DNA of 64,000 nt from Candidatus Hermodarchaeota archaeon (GTDB lineage: Archaea > Asgardarchaeota > Hermodarchaeia > Hermodarchaeales > Hermodarchaeaceae). Shown in pieces: positions 47,326-56,890 of the stretch. Position numbers and translations under genes: made by a program. The DNA lies in NCBI GenBank assembly GCA_016840065.1, contig JAEOTB010000091.1, positions 1 through 64,000 on the forward strand. Reading direction: 5' to 3'. The first letter of the stretch is position 1. Each line of letters begins with the position of its first letter. The notes beneath the pieces are model-generated. The model was given only the letters and a program-made list of their open reading frames with translations, did not search any database and was not told where the DNA came from.

Positions 47326-49041
47326 TTATGTAACGAGCCAATAGACGCAAGCTCCAAAGCGTGTATACACTTTAGCGACTGATTTGGCGGCGTCAAGAGG
47401 GTCGGAACACTCCAAGGAATACAACTGCTCTGGATAATCACGAAGGAAGTAAGTTTCCATCATTTCGCTCGTTAGGAGAAATACCGAATGATTTTGAGTT
47501 CTAGAATCCTCTCGGATCAGTAGAGGATTAGAAAGATATGTTTCTTGAAGAGGAAGGAAGAGAAACCTATTACTGTCGGCTGGGAACATACCTTGCATCA
47601 TTATCATCAAACGAGTATCAGTAACCACAAATGATTGAGTGTCTGTCATATCTCGGAGCCATAACCCTCCTCCAATTTCAGATTGGTTCATCCCCTCTGG
47701 ATACCATCCCCCTACAGGCTGATATAGGTTATAGATTCCACCAATAGAGAATGTTAGAAGCAAGAGTGTCATAGTAGAGAGGACAAATAGGTTCTGAGAA
47801 CGCCCCCATTTTTGTTGTGTCTCAACTAGTTTGTACAATGCAACAACAGACATGATAGTAACCGGGATAAGTAAAAAGGCGAAATGTCGGTGACCAATGA
47901 AAACCCAGATACTAGAGCGACCAAGAGAAGCATCGATGAGCGTGAGTAAGCCTGTAATCCCGAATGACGCTCCGATGACCAGAAAAGAGAAGGCGACGAG
48001 AAGTCCAGAGATATTCGACTTGCCAATATCCCAAGGCATTGTTCGTAATACCGAAATCGAAAGGGTGAGAAGACACGAAAGGAGACCAAACTTGAAGATA
48101 ATCCAGAGTACGGGGCGATCATACGGATAGAGAAATATCGTGGAGAAGAAGAAACCTATACCTGCGATACAGCCCAAAGTGAAAAATAGTTTTCCAGCCC
48201 AATTTCTTCTAAATAGTTTCAGGACTCGCCATGCCCAATCCCTCGTGACGTATAAAACAGAAACTGAGGTTGCTAAAACTACTAGACTAAGCAGAATAAT
48301 CGGAAAATAGGCTAGGAACTGAGAGTTAGCTGTTGGATTCACTAGTAATAGTAGAGCAAGTGGCACTGCGATTAAAAATACCGAAAGAGGAATGCCTATC
48401 CTATTTATCGACGAATCCTGACTCAAAACTGACCCGACTAAGAGAGCTAAAACAAAAAGAACTGCGAAGTATGTTGTTAAATGATGAATTAGTGGAAGAC
48501 TGCAAACAGCTACTAGGAGAATTATTAACCATTCCTTGCGGGCTCCAGTCCGTTTCACAATAGATAATGCAGCCAAGAAGGTTAGACTTAGAAACACCAT
48601 TGCTAGATGTTGGGGGATCACCGAGTTTGTTTGAGCTGCTACATCAACATCAAGGGAGAAAATGAACATTGCAATGACGCTTGGCCATCCTTTGCCAAGG
48701 AGGTTTCTGAAAAAAGCGAAGAAAGCAGTAAACCCAGCAAGGACAAGTATTGCTACATACAACCTAAATGTATCAATTAGTGGTAAGCCGAGGAAGATGT
48801 GTATGAGGTAAGCTAATGTGTGGAGGAACGGCATGTACAGATTCGAGTAGTACTCACCATAGAAGGGAATACGGTTATTGGTTATGATTACTTCCGTGGC
48901 ACCCATATGAATCCATGAATCATAGCTGTATGAGCCAGGGAAGAGGAGTAACGGGATGATGCGGGGAATTACCCATATCGCGAAGACGCTAGCAATTGCC
49001 AAGCGGTACATCCCGAGTTTCATAGAACCAGATATCGACAT
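47326..49041 (-). CDS. Polytopic membrane protein, GT-C-like (DUF2206/DUF6541-type)
   Basis: YDSWIH after TM1, MPFLHTL, IHHLTT, soluble C-terminal SEIGGGLWL..VVTD domain. Shares these motifs with 6271-7917. Confidence 0.55.
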   Translation of the reverse strand: MSISGSMKLGMYRLAIASVFAIWVIPRIIPLLLFPGSYSYDSWIHMGATEVIITNNRIPFYGEYYSNLYMPFLHTLAYLIHIFLGLPLIDTFRLYVAILVLAGFTAFFAFFRNLLGKGWPSVIAMFIFSLDVDVAAQTNSVIPQHLAMVFLSLTFLAALSIVKRTGARKEWLIILLVAVCSLPLIHHLTTYFAVLFVLALLVGSVLSQDSSINRIGIPLSVFLIAVPLALLLLVNPTANSQFLAYFPIILLSLVVLATSVSVLYVTRDWAWRVLKLFRRNWAGKLFFTLGCIAGIGFFFSTIFLYPYDRPVLWIIFKFGLLSCLLTLSISVLRTMPWDIGKSNISGLLVAFSFLVIGASFGITGLLTLIDASLGRSSIWVFIGHRHFAFLLIPVTIMSVVALYKLVETQQKWGRSQNLFVLSTMTLLLLTFSIGGIYNLYQPVGGWYPEGMNQSEIGGGLWLRDMTDTQSFVVTDTRLMIMMQGMFPADSNRFLFLPLQETYLSNPLLIREDSRTQNHSVFLLTSEMMETYFLRDYPEQLYSLECSDPLDAAKSVAKVYTRFGACVYWLVT

Positions 49042-49142
49042 TGACCTTAAAGGCTTGACGATTAAAGAATAATGAGAGTACCGCAGCAGTAAATGAAACA
49101 GCCTTAAGGAGCAAGGTTACTCGATTTGCTTGGTGGTTTGAA

Positions 49143-50480
49143 TTGAGTGCATGGCAGGTAATGGTGTTTATTGGAACTCGTCCCGAGATTGTCAAAATGG
49201 CGCCAGTTATCAAGGCATTGGAGACTGACAATCGATTCCAACTAGTTATTGTTGATTCAGGTCAACATTACGACGAACAGCTTAGTTCTGTCTTCTTTGA
49301 AACTTTTCACCTTCCACGAGCTCAATATAGTTTGGACGTGGGGTCGGGAACTCATGCAAGCCAAACAGGAAAGATAATGATAGCTGCAGAGAAAATCATC
49401 ACGGAAACCAAGCCTGATATTATTTTAGTCCAAGGAGATACAAACACTGTTTTGGCAACTGCATTAGCAGCCGTAAAAGCTCAAATTCCATTTGGACACG
49501 TTGAAGCAGGGCTCAGAAGCTTTGATCGAACTATGCCAGAGGAGATTAATCGTATTGTTGCTGATCAATGTTCTGAACTTCATTTCGCTCCAACGCCACT
49601 AGCAGCAAACAATCTTCTTTTCGAAGGATTTGATCCTAGGACGATTCATATTACTGGCAATACTAACATCGATGCGATTCTTCAGTTCAAAGAAATCAGT
49701 TCGAGACAATCAAAAATAATTGACAGGCTAGATTTAGAAGGGACACCGTTTGCAGTCGTCACTATTCACCGCCCTGCAACTGTGGATTATGAAGATGCAT
49801 TAACCTCAACTGTATCTGCATTCCTTAACCTCACTGAATTAAGACTGGTTCTTCCTGTACACCCACGAACCCGAAAAGCGTTAGAACGATTTGGTTTATT
49901 TGAACAACTGGAATCTGCTTCTCATATAATCCTCACTGAACCTCTCGGGTTCATTGATTTCCTTCGCTTGATGTCCGAGGCACGGATTATACTGACTGAT
50001 TCAGGTGGTATACAAGAAGAAGCCTTCACCCTTGGCAAGCCCTGTATTACTTTGCGTGTAAATACAGAGCGACCAGAAAGTCTTCATCTTGGAGCTAACT
50101 TCCTTGTTGGTCGCTCAACGGATCGCATCGTGGAAGTTACTCGTAGTGTTTTAGCAGATTCGACACTAAGCGATCGCATCAACCGTCTCCCTAATCCTTT
50201 TGGGGATGGAAACGCTAGCGAACGAATAGTGAAAGGTGTTGTCCGATTCTGTAGGGAAGGCCGCGCTTTTGTAAAGCCTCATTTATTTGAAACAGGTATG
50301 CGTAATCGAACACTACAGCACGTAAGCAGGGAGTTACAGGGGATGACCATCCTTGAAGCTGAACAGAAAATAGGCGGTAAGATTATGTTGCTCTTCGACG
50401 AGAGTGGTTGTGCAGTTTTTCCAGAAACTGCTAGAAAATTGGCTCTTGGACAACATTTCATTTTAGCTATAGAGAAATAG
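49143..50480 (+). CDS. wecB: Non-hydrolysing UDP-GlcNAc 2-epimerase with C-terminal extra domain (RCK_C/TrkA-C-like)
   Basis: GTRPEIVK, GQHYD, QGDTN, HVEAGLRS, PEEINR, TDSGGIQEE, TERPE, NPFGDG; extension of about 70 aa. Confidence 0.92.
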   Translation: MSAWQVMVFIGTRPEIVKMAPVIKALETDNRFQLVIVDSGQHYDEQLSSVFFETFHLPRAQYSLDVGSGTHASQTGKIMIAAEKIITETKPDIILVQGDTNTVLATALAAVKAQIPFGHVEAGLRSFDRTMPEEINRIVADQCSELHFAPTPLAANNLLFEGFDPRTIHITGNTNIDAILQFKEISSRQSKIIDRLDLEGTPFAVVTIHRPATVDYEDALTSTVSAFLNLTELRLVLPVHPRTRKALERFGLFEQLESASHIILTEPLGFIDFLRLMSEARIILTDSGGIQEEAFTLGKPCITLRVNTERPESLHLGANFLVGRSTDRIVEVTRSVLADSTLSDRINRLPNPFGDGNASERIVKGVVRFCREGRAFVKPHLFETGMRNRTLQHVSRELQGMTILEAEQKIGGKIMLLFDESGCAVFPETARKLALGQHFILAIEK

Positions 50481-50635
50481 GTGTAATGAGATAAGAGTTG
50501 TATTCATCGCAAGACACCCTATGTACTCTTCATTAAGGAGGAATAAGTAGTGTTGTGTGAGAGTGAATGCTCTCAGATGGACGATGGCTTCGCCACAATA
50601 CGTTCATTCGTCTATATTCAGTCCTCTACAAATGT

Positions 50636-51166
50636 TTACACACAACCTTGGCTTTTCATGTAATCAAGGATTTTTTGCGCACATTCTTGTGGTGTCTCTT
50701 GCTCAGTATCCACCACAACTTCAGGATTTAATGGATCTTCATAGGGGTCATCAATACCAGTACATTGTTTAACTTCCCCAGCCAGAGCTCGTTTGTATAG
50801 ACCCTTAGGGTCTCGACGTATACACTCTTCGATAGAGGCCTTGACGAAGACTTCGATGAATCGGTCGAGTTGAGACCGTGCATAAGCTCGTGTTACCCTG
50901 TATGGAGAGATAAGACTAACAACTACATTGACACCATTTCGCATCAGCAATTTACTTAGATATATTACACGGCGGTTATGCAGGTTGCGCTCCTCAGCGC
51001 TGAAACCTAGTTTGGGACTTAACTCCTGGCGCACCTCGTCGCCGTCAAGTACTTCGATTTTTTCTCTTCTCTTGCGAAGCTCTGTTTCTATGAGCCGAGC
51101 GATGGTTGTTTTCCCACAACCAGGAAGTCCTGTTAGCCAAACTACACAGCCTAGTCCCATTTTCAT
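50636..51166 (-). CDS. cysC: Adenylylsulfate kinase
   Basis: WLTGLPGCGKTT, LDGD, RDPKGLY, TGIDDPYE. Confidence 0.96.
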   Translation of the reverse strand: MKMGLGCVVWLTGLPGCGKTTIARLIETELRKRREKIEVLDGDEVRQELSPKLGFSAEERNLHNRRVIYLSKLLMRNGVNVVVSLISPYRVTRAYARSQLDRFIEVFVKASIEECIRRDPKGLYKRALAGEVKQCTGIDDPYEDPLNPEVVVDTEQETPQECAQKILDYMKSQGCV

Positions 51167-52548
51167 TTCACCTTGATGATTTTTCCTTCCATGCCTTTTG
51201 GCACTTTCAGACCCATAGCATGCAGGATAGTTGGTGCTACATCATAGAGCGTTATATTCTGAATTATACCTCCTACCTTATGTTTAGGGTCCCAGAGAAT
51301 GAATATACCATCCCAGTCATGCACTGCATCATCGGGTCCTGTGTCATTCTCTGAGAGATGGAGGCAGTTGTGTCCGAGTGTGCCAGTTGAGCGATAAGAT
51401 AGGTCATCGAAATAAACCATTAAATCAGGAGGATTCCCCTTTACAACTCCTCCATATAACTCGGCAGGTATGTAAACTTTAGTATCCAGAGCCTCTCCAT
51501 TAACCCCTCGAATTTGTCGCAGTTTCTCCGATACCTCGCTGCGGATTCTCTCGAAATCCTTCGAATCTATAACACCTGTTTCTTCGCGCCCTTTCACATT
51601 GAAAAAAACGCGTGCGTAATACCCACCCCAACCCCATGCAGTGGTATTCTCCCAGTCAATGTCAGCCTCATCGAGACGTACCTGTTTTATGGGGTGTGCC
51701 TTAAGTTTGAGGTATCCTTCTCGCACAAGCCACTCGTTGATACAGATAACACCTTTCATAGGCTTGGCACCATGATCTGATACAACAATGACTACCGTGT
51801 CATCATCAATAATCTCCAAAAGCTCACCAATCTTGCCATCAAGATACTGATAATAATCTGAAAATAGGGATTCATACTTGCTGCCAGGCTCGTGAAGATG
51901 GTGCGTTTTATCGTAATATTTCCAAAAACCATGATGAAGCCTATCAGGACCCATCTCAACAAACATGAAAAAGTCCCAAGGCTTACTCTTCATGAGATAC
52001 GAGACTACTTTGAACCGGTTTTCGGTCAGAGCGTACAAATCCTTTAGTAAACGATCCTTGTCATCTGTACGAAACCCCTTTACATCCAGCAAATACCCGC
52101 CCAATTTGTCTATCTCTTCCTTTAAACTAGGGGGTGATGTATATTGACTTTTTATAGAAGGAGCAAGAAAACCTGAAATTGATAAACCTGTTACACATGG
52201 CGGCGGGTAGGAGGGAGGAACACCCACAATGCAGACATACTTGCCTCTCTTTGAGAGGATATCCCAAACCGCAAGCTCTTTGACATCATATGAGGTAGCG
52301 ATGTTGAACTCTGTATAGGAATTGCCACTTCGATGTCGGAAGCCGTAGATACCTAGCTGACCAGGAGACTGCCCAGTACTCATTACAACCCAGGCCGGAC
52401 ATGTGATTGGAGGATTTGAACTACGCATCCGTCCATAGATTCCTTCTTCACGCAGCCTCGTAAGATTCGGCATCACATTGGCTAGTTGGTCGAAGACCAA
52501 TTCTGGAGCTGCACAGTCCAAACCAATCACTAATACTTTACGAGGCAC
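51163..52548 (-). CDS. Alkaline-phosphatase superfamily enzyme (NPP/phosphodiesterase-type, COG3379-like), cytoplasmic
   Basis: IGLDCA, PPITCPAW (Thr nucleophile position), PDRLHH, VSDHG, VHDWDG, DVAPTIL; no signal peptide. Stop overlaps the cysC start (ATGA). Confidence 0.85.
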   Translation of the reverse strand: MPRKVLVIGLDCAAPELVFDQLANVMPNLTRLREEGIYGRMRSSNPPITCPAWVVMSTGQSPGQLGIYGFRHRSGNSYTEFNIATSYDVKELAVWDILSKRGKYVCIVGVPPSYPPPCVTGLSISGFLAPSIKSQYTSPPSLKEEIDKLGGYLLDVKGFRTDDKDRLLKDLYALTENRFKVVSYLMKSKPWDFFMFVEMGPDRLHHGFWKYYDKTHHLHEPGSKYESLFSDYYQYLDGKIGELLEIIDDDTVVIVVSDHGAKPMKGVICINEWLVREGYLKLKAHPIKQVRLDEADIDWENTTAWGWGGYYARVFFNVKGREETGVIDSKDFERIRSEVSEKLRQIRGVNGEALDTKVYIPAELYGGVVKGNPPDLMVYFDDLSYRSTGTLGHNCLHLSENDTGPDDAVHDWDGIFILWDPKHKVGGIIQNITLYDVAPTILHAMGLKVPKGMEGKIIKVK

Positions 52549-52563
52549 TGCAACTTCACCAAA

Positions 52564-53703
52564 TCATGAAACGAAAGGCTCAGGGTGACTTGCAATCATT
52601 TCTGCAACCTCCCGTCTCATAAGAGACTCAGGTGGATTTCGACCTTCTTGGAAATATCTGCGAATCTCCGTTCCACTGAAATCAATATGATTACTTTTGG
52701 GATGAGGGCAAGTCTTCTCGTTAGCGATACTCCTACATTTTGTACAATAGAAGAATGATTTGAAGAGTAGCGGGATAATCTCAAGATCGGGAAACTTATC
52801 GAAGATTTCCTGTGCTGCAAGGGGATGATAGAATTTTCCAACACCCGCATGATCCCTTCCCACAATGAAATGAGTGCACCCAAAATTTTTACGCATTATA
52901 GCGTGATGAATGGCTTCACGGGGTCCAGCGTAATACATTGGTGAGCGGAGAATACTGAGGACACAATTTTCTCGGAGGAAATATGTTTTCATTAAAGTGC
53001 GGTATGCATCAAGGATAACTTCATCGCGGAAATCACCTTGTTTCTTTGGTCCTATTAGAGGGTTGATAAAAATCCCGTCAACAAAGGTTAATGCTGTTTT
53101 TTTAACATATTCATGACCGAGATGTGGTGGATTTCTAGTTTGAAATGCTACTATTGTCCTCCACCTTTTTGTTTTAAACAAAATCCTAGTATCTAATGGA
53201 TACAGCGTTACTTCTTCGAAATTCAAAGGCGGGGAGGAGATTACAGAGAGTTTCCCACCTAGTAGGGTCTTCTCCATGGTATGAGTCCTAGCTACACCAG
53301 GGTGCTCCGAGTCCTGTGTGCCAAACACTTGCTGAGAGAAATACCTTTTGTCAAGCGTGAATTTGTCTTCAACAAGTAGAACAGCAACTGGAGCACCATC
53401 TAGACACAGAACTACTTCGTCGTCAACCGAGAAATCGTTATCTTGATTGACATCGAATACGATCGGTATGGTCCACGGAACATCAGAGAGCAAACGCATG
53501 TCGTCTAACACATTGTTGGTCTCGTCTTCTGTCATGAACCCAGTTAAAGGGCTGAGAACGCCATGCCCGATATTCTGAACTATATCAGTCAATGTTGAGG
53601 ATATGTCAATGGTCTGATATTCGCTGATTTGTACCTTCAGTTTGTCAGAATCTTTGTCGGATAGCAACCGAGAAACAAGGTGACCGCCATGTGCTTGGTT
53701 CAT
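52564..53703 (-). CDS. sat: Sulfate adenylyltransferase (ATP sulfurylase)
   Basis: HGGHLV, SPLTGFM, WTIPI, FQTRNPPHLGHE, YAGPREA, GRDHAGVG, SGTEIR. Confidence 0.96.
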   Translation of the reverse strand: MNQAHGGHLVSRLLSDKDSDKLKVQISEYQTIDISSTLTDIVQNIGHGVLSPLTGFMTEDETNNVLDDMRLLSDVPWTIPIVFDVNQDNDFSVDDEVVLCLDGAPVAVLLVEDKFTLDKRYFSQQVFGTQDSEHPGVARTHTMEKTLLGGKLSVISSPPLNFEEVTLYPLDTRILFKTKRWRTIVAFQTRNPPHLGHEYVKKTALTFVDGIFINPLIGPKKQGDFRDEVILDAYRTLMKTYFLRENCVLSILRSPMYYAGPREAIHHAIMRKNFGCTHFIVGRDHAGVGKFYHPLAAQEIFDKFPDLEIIPLLFKSFFYCTKCRSIANEKTCPHPKSNHIDFSGTEIRRYFQEGRNPPESLMRREVAEMIASHPEPFVS

Positions 53704-53716
53704 TCTCTTCCCCCAA

Positions 53717-53950
53717 TCAATCCAAATATCCTAGGGCCCGAAGGCGCGCTTTAATGCGTTTTTCATCTTCGGAAGAGAAGGCCTTTTCAGTAGATTGCTG
53801 GGATTCTTCTGCGAAGATTTCTCGAAGAACATAAGTAACGTAATCGGAAACAGAGGAGAAGCCTGTGTCTTCGATACGCGCTTTGATTTTTCCAAAAAGG
53901 GTCTTTGGGATAGAGACGGTCGTGTATTTGCGTTTGGATTTAGGACTCAT
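53717..53950 (-). CDS. Ribbon-helix-helix (CopG/NikR-like) regulator with C-terminal RLRALGY tail
   Basis: YTTVSIP beta-ribbon, GFSSVSDYVTYVLRE helix, tail FSSEDEKRIKARLRALGYLD; AGGAG SD; first gene of the sat operon. Confidence 0.85.
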   Translation of the reverse strand: MSPKSKRKYTTVSIPKTLFGKIKARIEDTGFSSVSDYVTYVLREIFAEESQQSTEKAFSSEDEKRIKARLRALGYLD

Positions 53951-53985
53951 TGACTTGTTCTCCTTTTAATTTTGATAGATGGTTA

Positions 53986-54022
53986 TTAATGCCAGGGCAT
54001 TAAATTTAATGTTATGACATTA
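53986..54022. promoter_or_regulatory. Tandem palindromic operator candidate (TAATG-N6-CATTA x2) flanking a TATA-like box
   Basis: ttaatgcc-ag-ggcattaa (53986-54003) and taatgt-tatg-acatta (54007-54022). Centres are 20 bp apart, with TTAAATTTAA between/overlapping them. Confidence 0.65.
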
Positions 54023-54125
54023 CACTCTTTCAAATGAGTTCTGCTTCCATCAACGATTATACTAACCAGAAAAAGTCTATCAACCACTGTTCTGGTTGAT
54101 TTTGGAGATAAAACATGAAGGCGAT

Positions 54126-54923
54126 TTAGAACCAGGAGAATAGAGCTATTGCCTTAATGAGAGTTAATGCTCCTAGAAAGATTGTGGCTACACCGATTAT
54201 CCTAGACTGTTGTCTTCCTTCGGTACGCTTGACAAAATAACTACCTAGAGGTGCAGCGATAACTGCACCCCCAAAAAGGAAAATTGTATAGAAAATAAAA
54301 TAAACATCGAAAATCAATCGACCTAGTAAAATGTATAATGTCACGGCAGTTATACTCACTACTGCTTTAGAGACTGTTGTACAGCCAATCGATTGTGAAG
54401 CTTCTCTTCCTGAGAGAATCTGGCCCCCCGCCACTAGTGGAGTGTAACCCCCACCAGTCAAACCCTTATTAATGGCAGCAACCCCGCCAAGAACAACGAT
54501 TTTTCTCCACGAGAAGGCTATTTTGAATTCAACAATAACTAGTATACCCAGCAATAGAACTGTAAGCCCAACATAGGCTTGGATAAGAATAGGAGTAATA
54601 CTAACAAGCGTGTAGAATAATAGAATAGCAGTTACTGCCCCTATCATCCCTGAGATAGAAAGCGCAATCACCATTTTTGAATCGTCGGAGAAGGAGAAAT
54701 TTACATTGCCATGAACTTGAAAGGCAATGGCAGTAGCAATTGATGCACCAATTGAGGAAAATAGAATTGCTGGCACCACTTCTATTACTGGTAAGTTAAG
54801 TAGAATTAATACAGGGGTCAAGAATGTGCCATATCCAAATCCAAATACGGCATCAAGAAATTCAGCTACAAACCCGAGAATGAATAGTAACAGTAGTAGA
54901 TTAAGACCTCCGTCCATTACCAT
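54126..54923 (-). CDS. TauE/SafE-family (TSUP) sulfur-oxyanion transporter
   Basis: AEFLDAVFGFGYGTFLTP, NKGLTGGGY, APLG; about 8 TM. Confidence 0.85.
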   Translation of the reverse strand: MVMDGGLNLLLLLFILGFVAEFLDAVFGFGYGTFLTPVLILLNLPVIEVVPAILFSSIGASIATAIAFQVHGNVNFSFSDDSKMVIALSISGMIGAVTAILLFYTLVSITPILIQAYVGLTVLLLGILVIVEFKIAFSWRKIVVLGGVAAINKGLTGGGYTPLVAGGQILSGREASQSIGCTTVSKAVVSITAVTLYILLGRLIFDVYFIFYTIFLFGGAVIAAPLGSYFVKRTEGRQQSRIIGVATIFLGALTLIKAIALFSWF

Positions 54924-54973
54924 CCACCTATAGCTATCTGCTAAGTTTTGATTGATGGATTTTTGAATGCAGA

Positions 54974-56890
54974 CTAAACTAATCGTATAGTTTCGAAGTT
55001 TTGAAGGGCGCGAGTTTCAACCCGACGCCTTTGAGCTAAATCTCTATGAAGATGACTGGACAAGTTAATACATTTGGTAGCCTCACCGTGGCATGTGAGG
55101 ACTCGTTCAGGCTTTGGTTGAATACGGCGAGCGTACTCAACGAGTTGACGTCGATCACTATGGCCACTAAACCCTTCAACCGTATGGATTTGCAAATCCA
55201 CATTTATGACTCCACTATGACGTCCACTATTGACCAAGGGGAGTTGGCGTCTTCCTTTTTGTATTCGACGACCTAAAGTTCCTTCAACTTGGTAGCTTAC
55301 AAAGATAATTGAGTTACGAGCATCGCCTGCAAGCTCTTTGAAGTATTCAACGGAAGGGCCGCCAGTCAGCATACCACTTGTTGCAAGGATAATACAGGGA
55401 CCTCCCTCTATTATCTCCGTGCGCGCATCATGACCATCAACTTGAGTAAAGTACTCGGCTGTAAATGGATTCTGGCCTTGGTGGAAGATTTTATCTCGGA
55501 GTTCACGAGCGAGATACTCCGGATGAGCTGTGTGAATAGCTGTAGCTTCAGAAATCATGCCATCAACGAATACTGGTGCTTCCATGAGCGTTTTACGGCG
55601 CATGTGTTCGTCTATGACTACTAGAAGTTCTTGGGCACGACCCACTGCGAGAACTGGAACAAGAACCTTGCCACCCACTTTCAATGTCCGATTGATGTAA
55701 TCGACCAGTACTCTTTCAGAATTCTTACGAGAAGGCATGATGTCACTTGGAGCACCATAAGTCGACTCCATTATCAGAGTTTCAAGGCGTGGAAACTTAT
55801 CGATAGCAGGTTCAAGAAGGCGACTCTTTGCATACTTGAAATCGCCTGTAAACGCAAGGTTGTATTGACCATCACCGAAATGGAGATGAACTATACTCGA
55901 CCCAAGAATATGACCCGCGTTATGGAGTGTAAGGCGAACATCAGGTGCGATATCGGTAACTTCGCCATAATTTAAGGGAATTGTGTGCATGATGAGTTTG
56001 CGAATATCCTTGAGTCCATATGGAGCAACTTTACCTTCCCTATGAGCGACTTCAAGGTAATCAATCTGCAACATCGTCATTAGGTTCTGAGTAGGTGCCG
56101 TGCAATAGACAGGGCCTTCAAATCCATATTTATACAGGAATGGAGCGAACCCACAATGATCCAGGTGGGCGTGGGTAATAACAAGTGCATCGAGGCTAGA
56201 AAGGTCAAGTTCAGGGAGGTCTAGGCGCGGGAACGCATGTTCTGTGGTACCTACGTTGACGCCGCAGTCAACCATTATTGTAGATTCAGGAGTTTGAAAG
56301 AGTTGACACATACGTCCAACTTCGCGGAAGCCACCAAGAGTTGTTAGACGAATCCATCCATTGCGGATGTGGATAGGGCGATGAATCCTGCGACCAATTT
56401 GGCGGAGTATAGTTTTTCGCTCCTCACTTGAGGATTGGATGGCGTGACGAATTTTCAGTATTGTGCTGGAACTTAGCGGTGGTGTACGAATGACAGTGGG
56501 TCTCCACAATGTCTGTAAACGAATTTGTTCTAGTGTACTACCAGTTCTACCAATTACTAATCCTGGTTTCCTTGCTTCGATTATGACTTCCCCAATTGTG
56601 TCATTGAATGCAATGCCAGTAATTTCGGCTTCTTTGGGCACGATTTCACGTATGATGGTTTCAGTTTGCTCGTGGGTCTTTCGGATGATTGGGTCGGATC
56701 GTATTACTAGTCTTTTCCGGAGTTGCTTAGCTAGTGTCTTGATTACTGTTTGCTCACCTAGCGCCTTGGGGTTTCTAGCATAAATTGCGATTTCTGGACC
56801 TTCAAACTCGATACTTGTAACACCTGCGGTTGCAGGGAGTCGCGATAGGAGGTCCTGACGGATTTTTTCTAACGAATCTTCAATTGCCAT
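54974..56890 (-). CDS. aCPSF1: Beta-CASP ribonuclease aCPSF1 (FttA) with N-terminal KH domains
   Basis: EFEGPEI, KPGLVIG, LGGFREVGR, THAHLDH, NAGHILGS, MESTYG, TSGMLTGG, GFSGHSD, HGE. ATG at 56890 follows GAGGT. Confidence 0.96.
   Translation of the reverse strand: MAIEDSLEKIRQDLLSRLPATAGVTSIEFEGPEIAIYARNPKALGEQTVIKTLAKQLRKRLVIRSDPIIRKTHEQTETIIREIVPKEAEITGIAFNDTIGEVIIEARKPGLVIGRTGSTLEQIRLQTLWRPTVIRTPPLSSSTILKIRHAIQSSSEERKTILRQIGRRIHRPIHIRNGWIRLTTLGGFREVGRMCQLFQTPESTIMVDCGVNVGTTEHAFPRLDLPELDLSSLDALVITHAHLDHCGFAPFLYKYGFEGPVYCTAPTQNLMTMLQIDYLEVAHREGKVAPYGLKDIRKLIMHTIPLNYGEVTDIAPDVRLTLHNAGHILGSSIVHLHFGDGQYNLAFTGDFKYAKSRLLEPAIDKFPRLETLIMESTYGAPSDIMPSRKNSERVLVDYINRTLKVGGKVLVPVLAVGRAQELLVVIDEHMRRKTLMEAPVFVDGMISEATAIHTAHPEYLARELRDKIFHQGQNPFTAEYFTQVDGHDARTEIIEGGPCIILATSGMLTGGPSVEYFKELAGDARNSIIFVSYQVEGTLGRRIQKGRRQLPLVNSGRHSGVINVDLQIHTVEGFSGHSDRRQLVEYARRIQPKPERVLTCHGEATKCINLSSHLHRDLAQRRRVETRALQNFETIRLV

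Noticed and set aside
6271-49041. AglB/STT3 oligosaccharyltransferase or archaeosortase among the membrane proteins
   Set aside because: No WWDYG motif and no exosortase-type Cys/Arg/His pattern found.
54064-54097. Inverted repeat aaccagaa...ttctggtt downstream of tauE
   Set aside because: Only 8 bp with an 18-nt loop; could be chance and is not enough to call a terminator.
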